This document shows, in pieces, positions 22,354 to 32,536 of a DNA stretch of 64,000 bases. The notes beneath the pieces are model-generated. The model did not search any database. It was not told where the DNA came from and was given only the letters and a program-made list of their open reading frames with translations. How positions within the stretch are numbered: the first letter of the stretch is position 1; each line of letters opens with the position of its first letter. The stretch is from Elainellaceae cyanobacterium. Lineage in GTDB: Bacteria > Cyanobacteriota > Cyanobacteriia > CAZCXK01. The position numbers and the translations under genes are program-made. The stretch lies in assembly GCA_051117555.1 (NCBI GenBank), contig JBNPEG010000021.1, forward strand, positions 73,109 to 137,108. The letters run 5' to 3'.

Positions 22354-23838
22354 ATGACAGTTGCTGCTCCTGCCAAAACAAACTACGAAGCCATTATCGG
22401 GCTAGAAACTCATTGCCAACTCAGCACCGAGACGAAAATTTTCTCAACTAGTTCGACTGAGTTCGGCGCAACTCCGAATACCTACATTGATCCGGTTTGC
22501 ATGGGGCTACCGGGAGTGTTGCCCGTCCTCAACCAAACAGTATTGGAATATTCTGTCAAAGCAGGACTGGCACTGAATTGCGAAATTGCACCTTACAGCA
22601 AATTTGACCGAAAGCAATATTTTTACCCAGATTTGCCTAAAAACTATCAGATTTCTCAGTACGATTTGCCGATTGCCCAGCATGGCTGGCTCGAAATTGA
22701 GCTGGTTGATGATGCTGGCAATCCCGTCCGCAAGCGCATTGGCATCACTCGCCTACACATGGAAGAAGATGCTGGCAAATTGGTCCACGGGGGGAGCGAT
22801 CGCCTATCCGGATCAACCTTCTCGCTCGTAGACTACAACCGCGCTGGCGTGCCGTTGGTTGAGATCGTATCAGAGCCTGACATCCGTTCTGGGCAAGAAG
22901 CTGCCGAATATGCCCAAGAACTGCGGCGCATTATGCGCTATCTCGGCGTGAGTGACGGCAACATGCAGGAAGGATCACTTCGATGCGATGTCAATATCTC
23001 AGTGCGCCCCGTGGGGCAGGAGAAATTTGGCACGAAGGTCGAAATTAAAAACATGAACTCGTTTAGCGCGATCGCCAAAGCCATCGACTACGAAATTGAG
23101 CGGCAGATTGCCGCCCTCGAAGCTGGGGAGCCCATTATCCAAGAAACTCGCCTCTGGGAAGAAGGAGCACAGCGCACTATTAGTATGCGTGTCAAGGAAG
23201 GATCGAGTGACTATCGATACTTCCCAGAGCCTGATCTCGGCCCTATCGAAGTTTCGTCAGAACAGCTTGAACAATGGCGATCAGAGCTGCCCGAGCTGCC
23301 CGCAGAAAAGCGGCGACGCTATGAACACGAACTTGAGCTGTCACCGTATGACGCAAGGGTGTTAACTGACGATCTCACCATCGCTCGTTATTTTGAATCG
23401 GTGGTGGCTGCTGGAGCCACTCCAAAACTTGCTGCCAATTGGATTACCCAGGACATCAGCGCATATCTCAACAAAAATAAGCTGTCTATTACCGAAATTG
23501 CTCTCGCGCCCAACAGCTTAGCTGAGCTAATTACGCTGATTGAAGACAGCACAATCAGCACCAAAATCGGCAAAGATATTCTTCCCGACCTTCTGACACA
23601 AGGCGGATCTGCCAAAGAGCTAGTTGAGAAGAAAGGGCTAATTCAAATTTCTGATGCTAATGCGATTGAGCCCATCATTGATGAGGTTTTAACCAATCAT
23701 CCCGACGAGCTTGAAAAATATCGGGGTGGCAAGAAAAAGCTTTTAGGCTTTTTCGTTGGACAAGTCATGAAGCAAACGGGCGGCAAAGCCGATCCAAAAT
23801 TAACCAACCAGCTTCTCAAGAAAAAGCTAGATGGCTAG
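22354..23838 (+). CDS. gatB: Asp/Glu-tRNA amidotransferase subunit B
   Basis: [46 protein letters not shown]. Confidence 0.99.
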   Translation: MTVAAPAKTNYEAIIGLETHCQLSTETKIFSTSSTEFGATPNTYIDPVCMGLPGVLPVLNQTVLEYSVKAGLALNCEIAPYSKFDRKQYFYPDLPKNYQISQYDLPIAQHGWLEIELVDDAGNPVRKRIGITRLHMEEDAGKLVHGGSDRLSGSTFSLVDYNRAGVPLVEIVSEPDIRSGQEAAEYAQELRRIMRYLGVSDGNMQEGSLRCDVNISVRPVGQEKFGTKVEIKNMNSFSAIAKAIDYEIERQIAALEAGEPIIQETRLWEEGAQRTISMRVKEGSSDYRYFPEPDLGPIEVSSEQLEQWRSELPELPAEKRRRYEHELELSPYDARVLTDDLTIARYFESVVAAGATPKLAANWITQDISAYLNKNKLSITEIALAPNSLAELITLIEDSTISTKIGKDILPDLLTQGGSAKELVEKKGLIQISDANAIEPIIDEVLTNHPDELEKYRGGKKKLLGFFVGQVMKQTGGKADPKLTNQLLKKKLDG

Positions 23839-23965
23839 CAGTTCGGCAAACCTTACATCTCAGTTCCCAAACTTATTCGGTAGCTGCGCCCTATAATCTG
23901 TCAGCGTCAATGCAAGAAGTCTGTGACGGTTCTTCTGTGCCTGAGATACGAGTGAGGTCAGGACG

Positions 23966-24000
23966 AGGGGTGTCACCCCTTTTCATTAAAAGGTCATAAT
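23966..24000 (+). promoter_or_regulatory. Putative promoter 1: palindromic operator AGGGGTG-T-CACCCCT, 14-nt spacer, CATAAT -10 box
   Basis: Perfect inverted repeat at 23966-23980; the same layout recurs at 24211-24244. Confidence 0.6.
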
Positions 24001-24005
24001 GTGAT

Positions 24006-24053
24006 AAGGAATGAACCCTTATGTGGGAGAGTCGACGGTAGCTCTCCTTTTTT
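24006..24053 (+). ncRNA. Putative small RNA, copy 1
   Basis: Follows the CATAAT box; core ATGAACCCTTATG, then GGAGAGT/GCTCTCC hairpin and T6. The 5' end is inferred. Confidence 0.5.
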
Positions 24054-24058
24054 CATCT

Positions 24059-24171
24059 CTATAGCGATTCTAAATCGCGTGTGAATTGTGTGAGTGTGCT
24101 AAGCACAGAGATGGGGGTGTAGGCCATGGAGCCCCTACATCAACGGGTTTAACGTAAGCGAATACCGCTAT
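24059..24171. mobile_element. MITE/REP-like repeat related to 38121-38218
   Basis: CTATAGCGATTCTAAATCGCGTGTGAATTGTGTGAGTG is nearly identical to the sequence from 38123. Partial inverted end GAATACCGCTAT; internal GTAGG...CCTAC hairpin. Confidence 0.65.
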
Positions 24172-24210
24172 CACGAAAAAAATTTTTCATTTTTAAAGAA
24201 ATTATCTAAG

Positions 24211-24244
24211 GGGGTGTCACCCCTCATCCCCAACATGGCATAAT
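24211..24244 (+). promoter_or_regulatory. Putative promoter 2: GGGGTG-T-CACCCCT, 14-nt spacer, CATAAT -10 box
   Basis: Same palindrome and the same 14-nt spacing as promoter 1, although the spacer sequence differs. Confidence 0.6.
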
Positions 24245-24249
24245 ATGTT

Positions 24250-24300
24250 AAGTAGATGCACCCTGATGGTCGGGAGAGTTTTATGGCTCTCCCTTTTTTT
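24250..24300 (+). ncRNA. Putative small RNA, copy 2
   Basis: Core ATGCACCCTGATG, then GGGAGAGTT/GGCTCTCCC hairpin and T7. The 5' end is inferred. Confidence 0.5.
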
Positions 24301-24649
24301 ATGCCCAAATCTGTCGGCAATCCTAAACTGCGACTCTATTTACATCTAGAAGCTTTCATCACAAAGAGCTCCAGGATGGTCTTCAGATGCGCTCTATCGC
24401 AATTTTCCAATTGCGCTAAGTCTAGATAGGACGTTGGCTAGTTCAACATCGTCTCAGGACATTCCAATTTGGCAGGCGATCGCCCGCTAAATTCTTAACC
24501 GACGGTTCTTTTTAGCCCTCTATCGTGAGTCAAGAGCGTAATTGAGCAAACGGTTAACGTCTCAGGATTCGATAACCCGAACTCAAACCTCGTAATATAG
24601 AAAATGGAATTCATATTAGTACCTGTCGCTTAAATCAATCTCAATACTC

Positions 24650-26116
24650 ATGTTTGAAGCTCTTTCAGAACGTCTAGAGGGAGCCTGGAAGAAGCTCCGG
24701 GGTCAAGACAAAATCTCTGAGGCAAATATCCAAGAAGCCTTGAGAGAGGTGCGACGAGCCCTACTTGAGGCAGATGTCAGCCTGCAAGTAGTGAAGGATT
24801 TTGTTTCAGATGTTCAAACCAAGGCACTGGGTGCCGATGTCATTGCAGGGGTTCGTCCTGATCAGCAGTTCATTAAGATTGTTCACGATGAGCTCGTTTC
24901 GATCATGGGAGAAACGAATGCTCCTCTTGCAAAGGCTGACACTCCACCAACAATCGTATTAATGGCAGGGTTGCAAGGAACAGGTAAAACCACCGCCTCT
25001 GCTAAGCTTGCCCTTCAGCTACGCAAACAAAATCGCAGCTCAATGCTGGTCGCTACCGACGTGTATCGTCCTGCTGCTGTTGATCAGCTCATCACGCTAG
25101 GGCAGCAGATTAATGTTCCGGTCTTTGACCTGGGTACCGATGCAAATCCTGTTGAGATTGCTCGACAGGGGGTTGAAAAAGCCAGAGCAGAGGGCATTGA
25201 CACGGTCATCATTGATACAGCAGGCCGATTACAAATTGACCAGTCGATGATGAGTGAATTGGCTGAGATCAAGCGTACCGTCAATCCAGATGAGGTGCTG
25301 CTGGTAGTCGACGCCATGACGGGTCAGGAAGCCGCAAACTTAACGCGCACCTTCCATGATGAAATTGGCATCACTGGAGCAATTCTCACAAAGCTAGATG
25401 GAGACACCCGAGGAGGTGCGGCTCTGTCAGTCCGCCGGATTTCGGGGCAACCCATCAAATTTGTCGGCGTTGGTGAAAAGGTCGAAGCATTACAGCCCTT
25501 TTATCCCGACCGGATGGCATCTCGAATTCTAGGGATGGGCGATGTCTTGACGCTTGTCGAAAAGGCGCAGGAAGAAGTCGATTTTGCAGAAGCTGAGAAA
25601 ATGCAGGAGAAAATTCTCTCGGCGCAGTTCGATTTCACCGATTTTCTCAAACAAACCCGCATGCTTAAGACTATGGGGTCCTTAGGCGGCTTGGCAAAGC
25701 TCATCCCTGGCATGAACAAAATTTCGAGCGACCAGCTTGAGAAAGGGGAAACCCAGCTTAAGCGGGCAGAAGCCATGATCAACTCAATGACCCAAGAGGA
25801 ACGGCGCCATCCAGATTTATTGTCGGGTTCACCGAGCCGCCGTCGTCGAATTGCTAAAGGGTCTGGGTATGGGCTGGATGATGTCAGCAAGCTCGTGAGT
25901 GATTTCCAAAAAATGCGATCGCTCATGCAGCAAATGGGGCAGGGCCAGTTGATGCCTGGAATGCCTGGAATGCCTGGAATGCCTGGAATGGGAGGAAATG
26001 CTGGGGCTCCTGGCAATATGGGAGGAGCTCGACCGGGTTGGCGTGGCTATCCAGGGCCTGCGGGATCGTCAAAGAAAAAGAAGAAAAAGAAGAAAAAGGG
26101 ATTTGGTTCCCTGTAG
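24650..26116 (+). CDS. ffh: Signal recognition particle protein Ffh
   Basis: GLQGTGKTT, DTAGR, TKLDGDTRGGAALS, Met-rich M domain, KKKKGFGSL end. Confidence 0.99.
   Translation: MFEALSERLEGAWKKLRGQDKISEANIQEALREVRRALLEADVSLQVVKDFVSDVQTKALGADVIAGVRPDQQFIKIVHDELVSIMGETNAPLAKADTPPTIVLMAGLQGTGKTTASAKLALQLRKQNRSSMLVATDVYRPAAVDQLITLGQQINVPVFDLGTDANPVEIARQGVEKARAEGIDTVIIDTAGRLQIDQSMMSELAEIKRTVNPDEVLLVVDAMTGQEAANLTRTFHDEIGITGAILTKLDGDTRGGAALSVRRISGQPIKFVGVGEKVEALQPFYPDRMASRILGMGDVLTLVEKAQEEVDFAEAEKMQEKILSAQFDFTDFLKQTRMLKTMGSLGGLAKLIPGMNKISSDQLEKGETQLKRAEAMINSMTQEERRHPDLLSGSPSRRRRIAKGSGYGLDDVSKLVSDFQKMRSLMQQMGQGQLMPGMPGMPGMPGMGGNAGAPGNMGGARPGWRGYPGPAGSSKKKKKKKKKGFGSL
25952..25987 (+). repeat. In-frame 9-bp tandem repeat (ATGCCTGGA)x4, encoding (MPG)4 in the Ffh tail
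   Basis: Four exact copies. Confidence 0.9.
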
Positions 26117-26278
26117 AGATGAGTGTCTCATACCACACAAAATGGTCATTCTCTGAATTTAAGTGGTATCATCAATAGTTTCAGGCTTAAAATTGACCTG
26201 ACGTATGGGCTCACGATCCCACAAACCTTTTTAACTTTAAAACGCACCGCTAGATTTCTCAGGAGTATACGATTCAGC

Positions 26279-26527
26279 ATGATCAAGCTGCGACTCAAAC
26301 GATATGGTAAAAAGCGCGAGGTTAGCTATCGGATTGTTGCAATGAATAGCAGCAATCGCCGAGATGGGCGTCCGCTTGAAGAACTGGGCTTCTATAACCC
26401 CAGAACCGATGAAACCCGGTTGGAAGTTCCCGCTATTGTCAAACGCCTGCAAAGCGGAGCACAACCAACCCCAACGGTACGCCGACTTCTAGAAAAAGCA
26501 AACGTCTTTGAACAGGTCAATGCCTGA
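26279..26527 (+). CDS. rpsP: 30S ribosomal protein S16
   Basis: [20 protein letters not shown]...[13 protein letters not shown] lies upstream of ATG 26279. Confidence 0.97.
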   Translation: MIKLRLKRYGKKREVSYRIVAMNSSNRRDGRPLEELGFYNPRTDETRLEVPAIVKRLQSGAQPTPTVRRLLEKANVFEQVNA

Positions 26528-26534
26528 TTAAGTC

Positions 26535-26927
26535 GTGTCTGATTCGCATACTCATTCGTCCCCATCCTCGTCTGCTGGTTCGCAATCGTCGGAGCCAGAC
26601 TATACTCAGCTTGTTAGATTTTTGGTTCAGCCATTTTTAGAATCCCCCGATTCTTTGAAGGTTGATTCCGAAGTGTCTGAGCGCACGGGTCGTGTGCTGA
26701 TTCGTTTGGCAATCGAAGGAGAAGACAAAGGGAGGGTCTTTGGACGCGGTGGGCGCAATATTCAAGCAATTCGGACGGTCATTCACGCTATATCAAAGGC
26801 GGCAGGTCATGTGGCGCATCTCGAAATTTATGGGGGAGCGCCAACTGAGCCCACATCGCACGACAGACCTCGTTCGTCAAAGCCACCGTCTCGCCGCCCG
26901 TCTCGTCCTCGTTCTCGAAATACCTGA
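26535..26927 (+). CDS. khpA: KH-domain RNA-binding protein (KhpA family)
   Basis: DKGRVFGRGGRNIQAIRTV KH motif; lies downstream of rpsP. Confidence 0.88.
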   Translation: MSDSHTHSSPSSSAGSQSSEPDYTQLVRFLVQPFLESPDSLKVDSEVSERTGRVLIRLAIEGEDKGRVFGRGGRNIQAIRTVIHAISKAAGHVAHLEIYGGAPTEPTSHDRPRSSKPPSRRPSRPRSRNT

Positions 26928-27075
26928 TCGATTCATGGGCACGGGGGAGATATCGATGTCTAAGGCGTATAGGGCAGAGTCTAGGCGATCGAACTGATTA
27001 TTCAAATCAGCTTAATGGTATATGTGTCTAGTTTTTTTACTTAAGTTTGGCAACTTGGGGAGGTTGATAGGTGAG

Positions 27076-27249
27076 ATGGCAGAGATTCGTCTAGCAGAAA
27101 ACGAATCGCTTGAATCGGCGTTGCGACGCTTTAAGAAAAAAATTCAGCGGGCTGGAATTTTGTCTGAAGTTAGACGACGCGAGCGCTACGAAAAGCCTAG
27201 CCTGCGTCGAAAGCGCAAATTAGAGGCCGCACGTAAGCGGTTTCGATAA
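27076..27249 (+). CDS. rpsU: 30S ribosomal protein S21
   Basis: [42 protein letters not shown]. Confidence 0.95.
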   Translation: MAEIRLAENESLESALRRFKKKIQRAGILSEVRRRERYEKPSLRRKRKLEAARKRFR

Positions 27250-27368
27250 TTGAGTTAGGCAGTGACTGCATCGTCACGCAGTGCTTTTGTTAGTGTATTT
27301 AACACGGTTGAGACGTTTGCAATCCGAGGGAGCTAGACGGGTTTCAAACGTCTTTTAAATAAGACTAC

Positions 27369-28349
27369 ATGCCAAACAGTACCATCATCGAATTACCTGA
27401 CCAAACGAGTGCGATCGCCCTTGCAGGTTCTCACGAAGAAAATCTCAAACAACTGTCGCGGCTAACTGGAGCAACGGTTGTGCTGCGTGGGCAAGAGTTG
27501 ATGATCTCTGGAATTGATCGAGCCATTGAGCAGTGTCAAGCACTCGTGCGATCGCTCGAACCTTATTGGAGCCGTGGTAAGAGCATCACCGGGGTTGACA
27601 TTCTTACAGCGCGACATGCCCTCGACACCGCCAGCCAAGATGAGCTGCGCAGTCTGCAACGGGATGTCTTAGCTCGGACTCGCCGTGGAGAAGACATTCG
27701 TGCTAAAACATTTCGTCAACGTCAGTATATTCAAGCAATTCGCACTCATGATCTGACCTTTTGCATCGGCCCCGCCGGGACTGGCAAAACATTTTTGGCA
27801 GCGATCGTTGCAGTACAAGCGCTGCTGGCCGATGAATATGAGCGCTTGATCCTGACGCGTCCTGCAGTCGAAGCAGGCGAAAAACTCGGCTTTTTGCCCG
27901 GAGATTTGCAGCAAAAGGTCAACCCCTATCTCAGACCGCTCTACGATGCGCTCCACGAACTCATCGATCCAGAAAAAATCCCGAGTTTAATGGAGCGAGG
28001 CGTCATTGAAGTGGCTCCGATTGCCTACATGCGGGGTCGAACGCTCAACAACTCGTTTGTCATTTTGGACGAAGCCCAAAATACCACGCCTGCTCAGATG
28101 AAGATGATTCTAACCCGGTTAGGGTTTGGTTCTCGCATGGTGGTCACCGGCGATATTACCCAGACTGACCTCCCCAGCTATCGACAGTCTGGGCTTGCCC
28201 TTGCCGAGCATATTCTTCGCCCAGTTAATGAGATTGCATTCTGCCGCCTCACGCAGGGTGATGTGGTTCGGCATCCGCTGGTGCAGCGCATCGTCGAAGC
28301 CTATGAGCGCTATGAGAGTAAGCATGAGAGCAAGCAAACGAAGATGTGA
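27369..28349 (+). CDS. phoH: PhoH family ATPase
   Basis: GPAGTGKT, RPAVEAGEKLGFLPGDL, AYMRGRTL, DEAQN. Confidence 0.95.
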   Translation: MPNSTIIELPDQTSAIALAGSHEENLKQLSRLTGATVVLRGQELMISGIDRAIEQCQALVRSLEPYWSRGKSITGVDILTARHALDTASQDELRSLQRDVLARTRRGEDIRAKTFRQRQYIQAIRTHDLTFCIGPAGTGKTFLAAIVAVQALLADEYERLILTRPAVEAGEKLGFLPGDLQQKVNPYLRPLYDALHELIDPEKIPSLMERGVIEVAPIAYMRGRTLNNSFVILDEAQNTTPAQMKMILTRLGFGSRMVVTGDITQTDLPSYRQSGLALAEHILRPVNEIAFCRLTQGDVVRHPLVQRIVEAYERYESKHESKQTKM

Positions 28350-28449
28350 GGTAGGGTGATTGGCATGCGATCGCCGCGACACCAGCACATCCACTCACCA
28401 GCACATCCACTATTTTGTGTGCCTAGAATTTTACCTGCCCAGACGCAGA

Positions 28450-30465
28450 TCACATTACGGCAGATTCTTCAGTCTGCGGGTGAAAATAATCATAAATCTG
28501 CTGTGCCAGTTTAGGGCCGATCCCCGGTACTTCTGAAATTTGCTCAGCGGTAGCTTCCCGAATGTAATCAATCGATCGGAAATGCGCCAGCAGCTCCTTC
28601 TTGCGATTACTGCCCAATCCAGGGATCTCACTCAAGCGCGATCGCCGCATCCGATCGGTGCGCTTCTTGCGATGAAAACTGACAGCAAATCGGTGTGCTT
28701 CATCCCGCAGTCGCCTAAGTAATTGCACTCCAGGCTGCTCTGGATCGGTATCGAGAGGAACCGACTCACCCGGTAGAAAAATTTCTTCCCGCTGTTTAGC
28801 CAGCGACACGACTCTCACCTCCTCCAGGAGATTCATCTCCCGCAACACGGTAACGACCGCCGAAAGCTGCCCCTTGCCGCCGTCAATCATGATTAAGTCG
28901 GGGAAATCAGTGGAGGAGGGTGAAGACAACGCTTGAGAAGATAGGGACGTCGAGATCGAGGCTTGATCTGACCGCCCATTTGAAGAGGCTGCTAATGTCG
29001 CGTCCGATCCCGATTGAAGAGCGCTAACCGCAGACGCACTCCTCTCTGATTTCTGCTTCGCATATCGGCGAAATCGCCGCTGGATAACTTCTGCCATACT
29101 GGCAAAGTCGTCTGAATGCCCAGCCCGCACCTCGGGATTTTTGATCTTGTAGTGGCGGTAATGCTGCTTAGCGGGTAAGCCATCCACAAAGACCACCTGA
29201 GACGCAACGGCATCTGACCCTTGAATATGTGAAATGTCGTAGCCTTCGATGCGATGCGGCAAGTCGGGCAGATCGAGTAGTTCAGCCAGGTCGAGCATGG
29301 CGCGATTATTGCGATCGGCAAACCGCTGAGTTCTTGCTAACTCATAGCCTGCATTGCGCTCAACCATTTCGATCAAATCGGCTTTCGCCTGGCGCTGAGG
29401 CACATAAACAGATACTTTGCGCCCCCGTTGCTGAGAGAGATAATTGGCTAAAATCTCGCTTTCAGGGAGCTCATGCTGAACCAGAATCTCGGCAGGAATC
29501 TCAACCGGATCAACTGTTTGGTAGTGGTCTTCAAGCGCCCGTTGCAAAATTTCGCCGGGTGTCCCCGATTGGGCATCGGCAAAGAATCCTAAATGGCCGA
29601 CCAATCGTCCTGCTCGAACCTGGAATAGCTGAATACACGCATGCTGATCGTCTGCCATGAGGGCGATCGCATCTCGGGTTACCGTATCATCCGGGCTAGA
29701 TACTTTCTGATCCGCTCCTAGATTCTGAATACCGCGAAGCTGATCTCGGTAGCGGGCTGCCAGTTCAAAATTTAGAGTCTCAGCGGCGTGCTCCATCTGC
29801 TCGGTGAGAATGTCTTCCAGTTCCTTTGTCCTGCCCTGAAAGATCATGGCAACCCGCTGAATGATTTTGTGATAGTCGTCTGGGGAAATGAGCTGCTGGC
29901 AAACTCCAGGACACCGACCAATGTCATAGTTAAGGCAAGGTCGATCCTTGAACAGCGGCTGAGGGCGTTGTCGCAGTGGAAAAATGCGTTTAACGAGGCT
30001 GAGAGTCCGTCGCAGTGCCCCCACATTGACATACGGCCCGTAGTAGCGATCGCGCGTTGTGCCTAATCTGCGCTTTCGAGTAATAAAAATTCGAGGATAG
30101 TCATCAGACCAGGTGATGCAAAGATAGGGATATTTTTTATCATCCCGAAGCAGCACGTTGAAATGGGGCTGATGCTGCTTAATTAAGTTTGCTTCGAGGG
30201 CAAGCGCCTCTGCTTCACTGTCGGTGACAATAAATTCGATCTCAGCGACCTGCATAACCATGAGGGCAATGCGTGGACTGAGACTATGATCATCCCGAAA
30301 ATAAGACCGAACGCGCGATCGCAGCTTTTTTGATTTACCAATGTAGAGGATGTTATCGTGGGCGTCTCTCATAAAGTAGACGCCCGGAGTTGGGGGAATT
30401 TCTTTGAGTCGAGTTTCGAGTCGTTCGGGATCTTTGACTAAGGGCTGAGGTCCATGAGTTGCCAT
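28450..30465 (-). CDS. uvrC: Excinuclease ABC subunit C
   Basis: GIY-YIG (PGVYFM...LYIGKS), [24 protein letters not shown]-terminal HhH. Confidence 0.98.
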   Translation of the reverse strand: MATHGPQPLVKDPERLETRLKEIPPTPGVYFMRDAHDNILYIGKSKKLRSRVRSYFRDDHSLSPRIALMVMQVAEIEFIVTDSEAEALALEANLIKQHQPHFNVLLRDDKKYPYLCITWSDDYPRIFITRKRRLGTTRDRYYGPYVNVGALRRTLSLVKRIFPLRQRPQPLFKDRPCLNYDIGRCPGVCQQLISPDDYHKIIQRVAMIFQGRTKELEDILTEQMEHAAETLNFELAARYRDQLRGIQNLGADQKVSSPDDTVTRDAIALMADDQHACIQLFQVRAGRLVGHLGFFADAQSGTPGEILQRALEDHYQTVDPVEIPAEILVQHELPESEILANYLSQQRGRKVSVYVPQRQAKADLIEMVERNAGYELARTQRFADRNNRAMLDLAELLDLPDLPHRIEGYDISHIQGSDAVASQVVFVDGLPAKQHYRHYKIKNPEVRAGHSDDFASMAEVIQRRFRRYAKQKSERSASAVSALQSGSDATLAASSNGRSDQASISTSLSSQALSSPSSTDFPDLIMIDGGKGQLSAVVTVLREMNLLEEVRVVSLAKQREEIFLPGESVPLDTDPEQPGVQLLRRLRDEAHRFAVSFHRKKRTDRMRRSRLSEIPGLGSNRKKELLAHFRSIDYIREATAEQISEVPGIGPKLAQQIYDYFHPQTEESAVM

Positions 30466-30619
30466 CAGTTACGCTAGTGCATCCTTTCTAATCGCGCTCT
30501 GCTTATAGCATAACCAGAATTGGCGATCGCCGTGTATTGTAACGGGTTATGGCAACTGGTTAATCTCAAGATAGGGTATTGGTAAGCACACATTTGAAGG
30601 CAGAATTAATACACATCCC

Positions 30620-31072
30620 ATGGAAATCTTAGACTTCGTTGCCTGGTTTATTGTCATTGGAGGGTTAGCAGGCATCGGCTTTGCTGCCATGATGTGGGCA
30701 TATTTGGGAGCGGGCAGCATCTCAGTTGTGTTTGATGACCCTGTCCAGTTGCCTGAAGACCCTATAGAAGTGAGCGATGTTAAGGCATTTGACTCTATTC
30801 AGCATGGAATCGATGCCTTCAAAAACAAGACCTATCGAGACGCTGTTGTGGAGTTTAGTAAAGCAATCCAGGCGGCTCCTCAATTCGCTGAAGCCTATCA
30901 CAATCGAGGTCTAGCATTTGCCAACCTGCGCCAAGACGGGGATGCCGCACGAGACTTAGCGCGAGCAAGCGAACTCTACATGGAACAAGACAATCAAGCC
31001 GGGATAGCTGCGATTAGGCAAAATTTTGAGGTAATAAAAACCAGAAAAGACGAGGCGCAAAACTCTAAATAG
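30620..31072 (+). CDS. Membrane-anchored TPR protein
   Basis: N-terminal TM helix; TPR motif AEAYHNRGLAF. Confidence 0.8.
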   Translation: MEILDFVAWFIVIGGLAGIGFAAMMWAYLGAGSISVVFDDPVQLPEDPIEVSDVKAFDSIQHGIDAFKNKTYRDAVVEFSKAIQAAPQFAEAYHNRGLAFANLRQDGDAARDLARASELYMEQDNQAGIAAIRQNFEVIKTRKDEAQNSK

Positions 31073-31073
31073 C

Positions 31074-31268
31074 CTAGTGCTTTCTAATATCTTCCACTCG
31101 ATCGTGAATCGTGTCTTGAGTGTCATCCAGCCAATCTTCGATGTCTTCAAAAATTTCTTCAACTTTGGGGCTGGTCATTTCTACCAGCGGATCCCCCACC
31201 ACGCGCACAATCAGTCCGCTCACCGTAGTAATAATCAAGACACTAAACCAGCCGAGACGATAATTCAT
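31074..31268 (-). CDS. Small hypothetical protein with an N-terminal hydrophobic segment
   Basis: 64-aa ATG ORF filling the gap, convergent with the TPR gene; TM segment plus acidic amphipathic tail. Confidence 0.5.
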   Translation of the reverse strand: MNYRLGWFSVLIITTVSGLIVRVVGDPLVEMTSPKVEEIFEDIEDWLDDTQDTIHDRVEDIRKH

Positions 31269-31529
31269 ATGGATAACGCCAGACGCATTCGACGAGTCAA
31301 TTTACTTTCCACTTCCTACCGAGGTATCGCATGTCTGTTTAAACAGAATTATCATGGAATTTTGCCGAAGAACCCGGATAACAGCAAGGCGCCTACCTGA
31401 GTTTTTTACCTGAGTTCTTGAAAAGTGCTTCCGCATCGTAATGCTGTCTTGGGTTCATGATAAGCTCTTAGTTCTCTTAATTTTTCGTCTTAGTGCTTCA
31501 TGTAGTGTTTTACCGTTTGGATACCAGGG

Positions 31530-32459
31530 ATGAGCATCGCTTCACTAACCGGACAAGACTTTTTGAGCATGGCTGACCTGAGTGCGACTCACGTATATCA
31601 GTTGTTAGATTTAGCAGCCGCAATGAAAGCTGGAGACGTTGAGCCACGTTGCAATAAAGTTTTGGGGTTACTCTTTAATAAAGCGTCGACTCGGACAAGA
31701 GTGAGCTTTTCAGTAGCCATCTATCAGTTGGGGGGGCACGTGCTTGACCTCAACAGCAACGTGACTCAGGTTAAGCGAGGCGAACCCACTCAGGATACCG
31801 CGCGAGTTCTCGATCGCTATTTAGATATCGTCGCAATTCGCACCTTTGAACAAGGCGAATTAGAAACCTTCGCAAACTACGCCAATATTCCGGTTATTAA
31901 TGCGCTCACCGATCTAGAGCATCCGTGCCAGGTTTTGGCAGATTTGCAAACCGTCAAAGAAACCTTTGGTCGCTTAGAGGGGCTTACGCTGGTCTATTTG
32001 GGCGATGGCAATAACGTTGCTCACTCCCTAATGCTGGGGTGTGCACTCGTCGGCATGAATGTCACGGTGGCAACCCCAGCGGACTTTCAACCCGACGCTC
32101 AAATTGTCAAACGTGCCCAAGAAATAGCGGGCGATCGCACGCACGTCCGCGTTAGCCAAGACCCACAGACAGCCGTCAAAGGAGCCCACGTTCTTTACAC
32201 AGATGTTTGGGCCAGCATGGGACAAGAAGATTCAGCATCGAACCGAATCCCCATCTTCCAGCCCTATCAGCTCAATGAAACCCTCATGAGCCTTGCTGAC
32301 TCTAGCGCGATCGCCCTCCACTGTCTTCCGGCTCATCGGGGTGAAGAGATTACTAACGGTGTGATGGAAGGCTCTCAATCCAAAATTTGGGATCAAGCAG
32401 AAAATCGTCTTCATGCTCAGAAAGCCCTGTTAGCAAGTCTCTTGGGAGCAGTTGAATAA
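31530..32459 (+). CDS. argF: Ornithine carbamoyltransferase
   Basis: STRTR, HPCQ, GDGNNV, TDVWASMGQE, HCLP. Confidence 0.98.
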   Translation: MSIASLTGQDFLSMADLSATHVYQLLDLAAAMKAGDVEPRCNKVLGLLFNKASTRTRVSFSVAIYQLGGHVLDLNSNVTQVKRGEPTQDTARVLDRYLDIVAIRTFEQGELETFANYANIPVINALTDLEHPCQVLADLQTVKETFGRLEGLTLVYLGDGNNVAHSLMLGCALVGMNVTVATPADFQPDAQIVKRAQEIAGDRTHVRVSQDPQTAVKGAHVLYTDVWASMGQEDSASNRIPIFQPYQLNETLMSLADSSAIALHCLPAHRGEEITNGVMEGSQSKIWDQAENRLHAQKALLASLLGAVE

Positions 32460-32536
32460 TGTGGAGAGTTGAAAGAGGGGTGGAAAATCTTGCAGCGGGG
32501 TCGGAGACTATCTAGAAGTCGTTTGAACGTTGAGCT

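Noticed and set aside
24011..24064. 17-codon ORF (MNPYVGESTVALLFSSL) in sRNA module 1, as a type I toxin or leader peptide
   Set aside because: It runs through the terminator, has no RBS spacing, and is not conserved in length or sequence in module 2.
23839..24649. SRP RNA (ffs), riboswitch or CRISPR mini-array upstream of ffh
   Set aside because: The SRP CAGG..GGAA..AGCAG motif and known riboswitch cores are absent. There are only two repeat units, 244 bp apart, with promoter and terminator anatomy and no cas genes.
25501..26016. 171-aa antisense ORF with PGI repeats
   Set aside because: It mirrors the (MPG)n repeat in ffh and is a shadow ORF.
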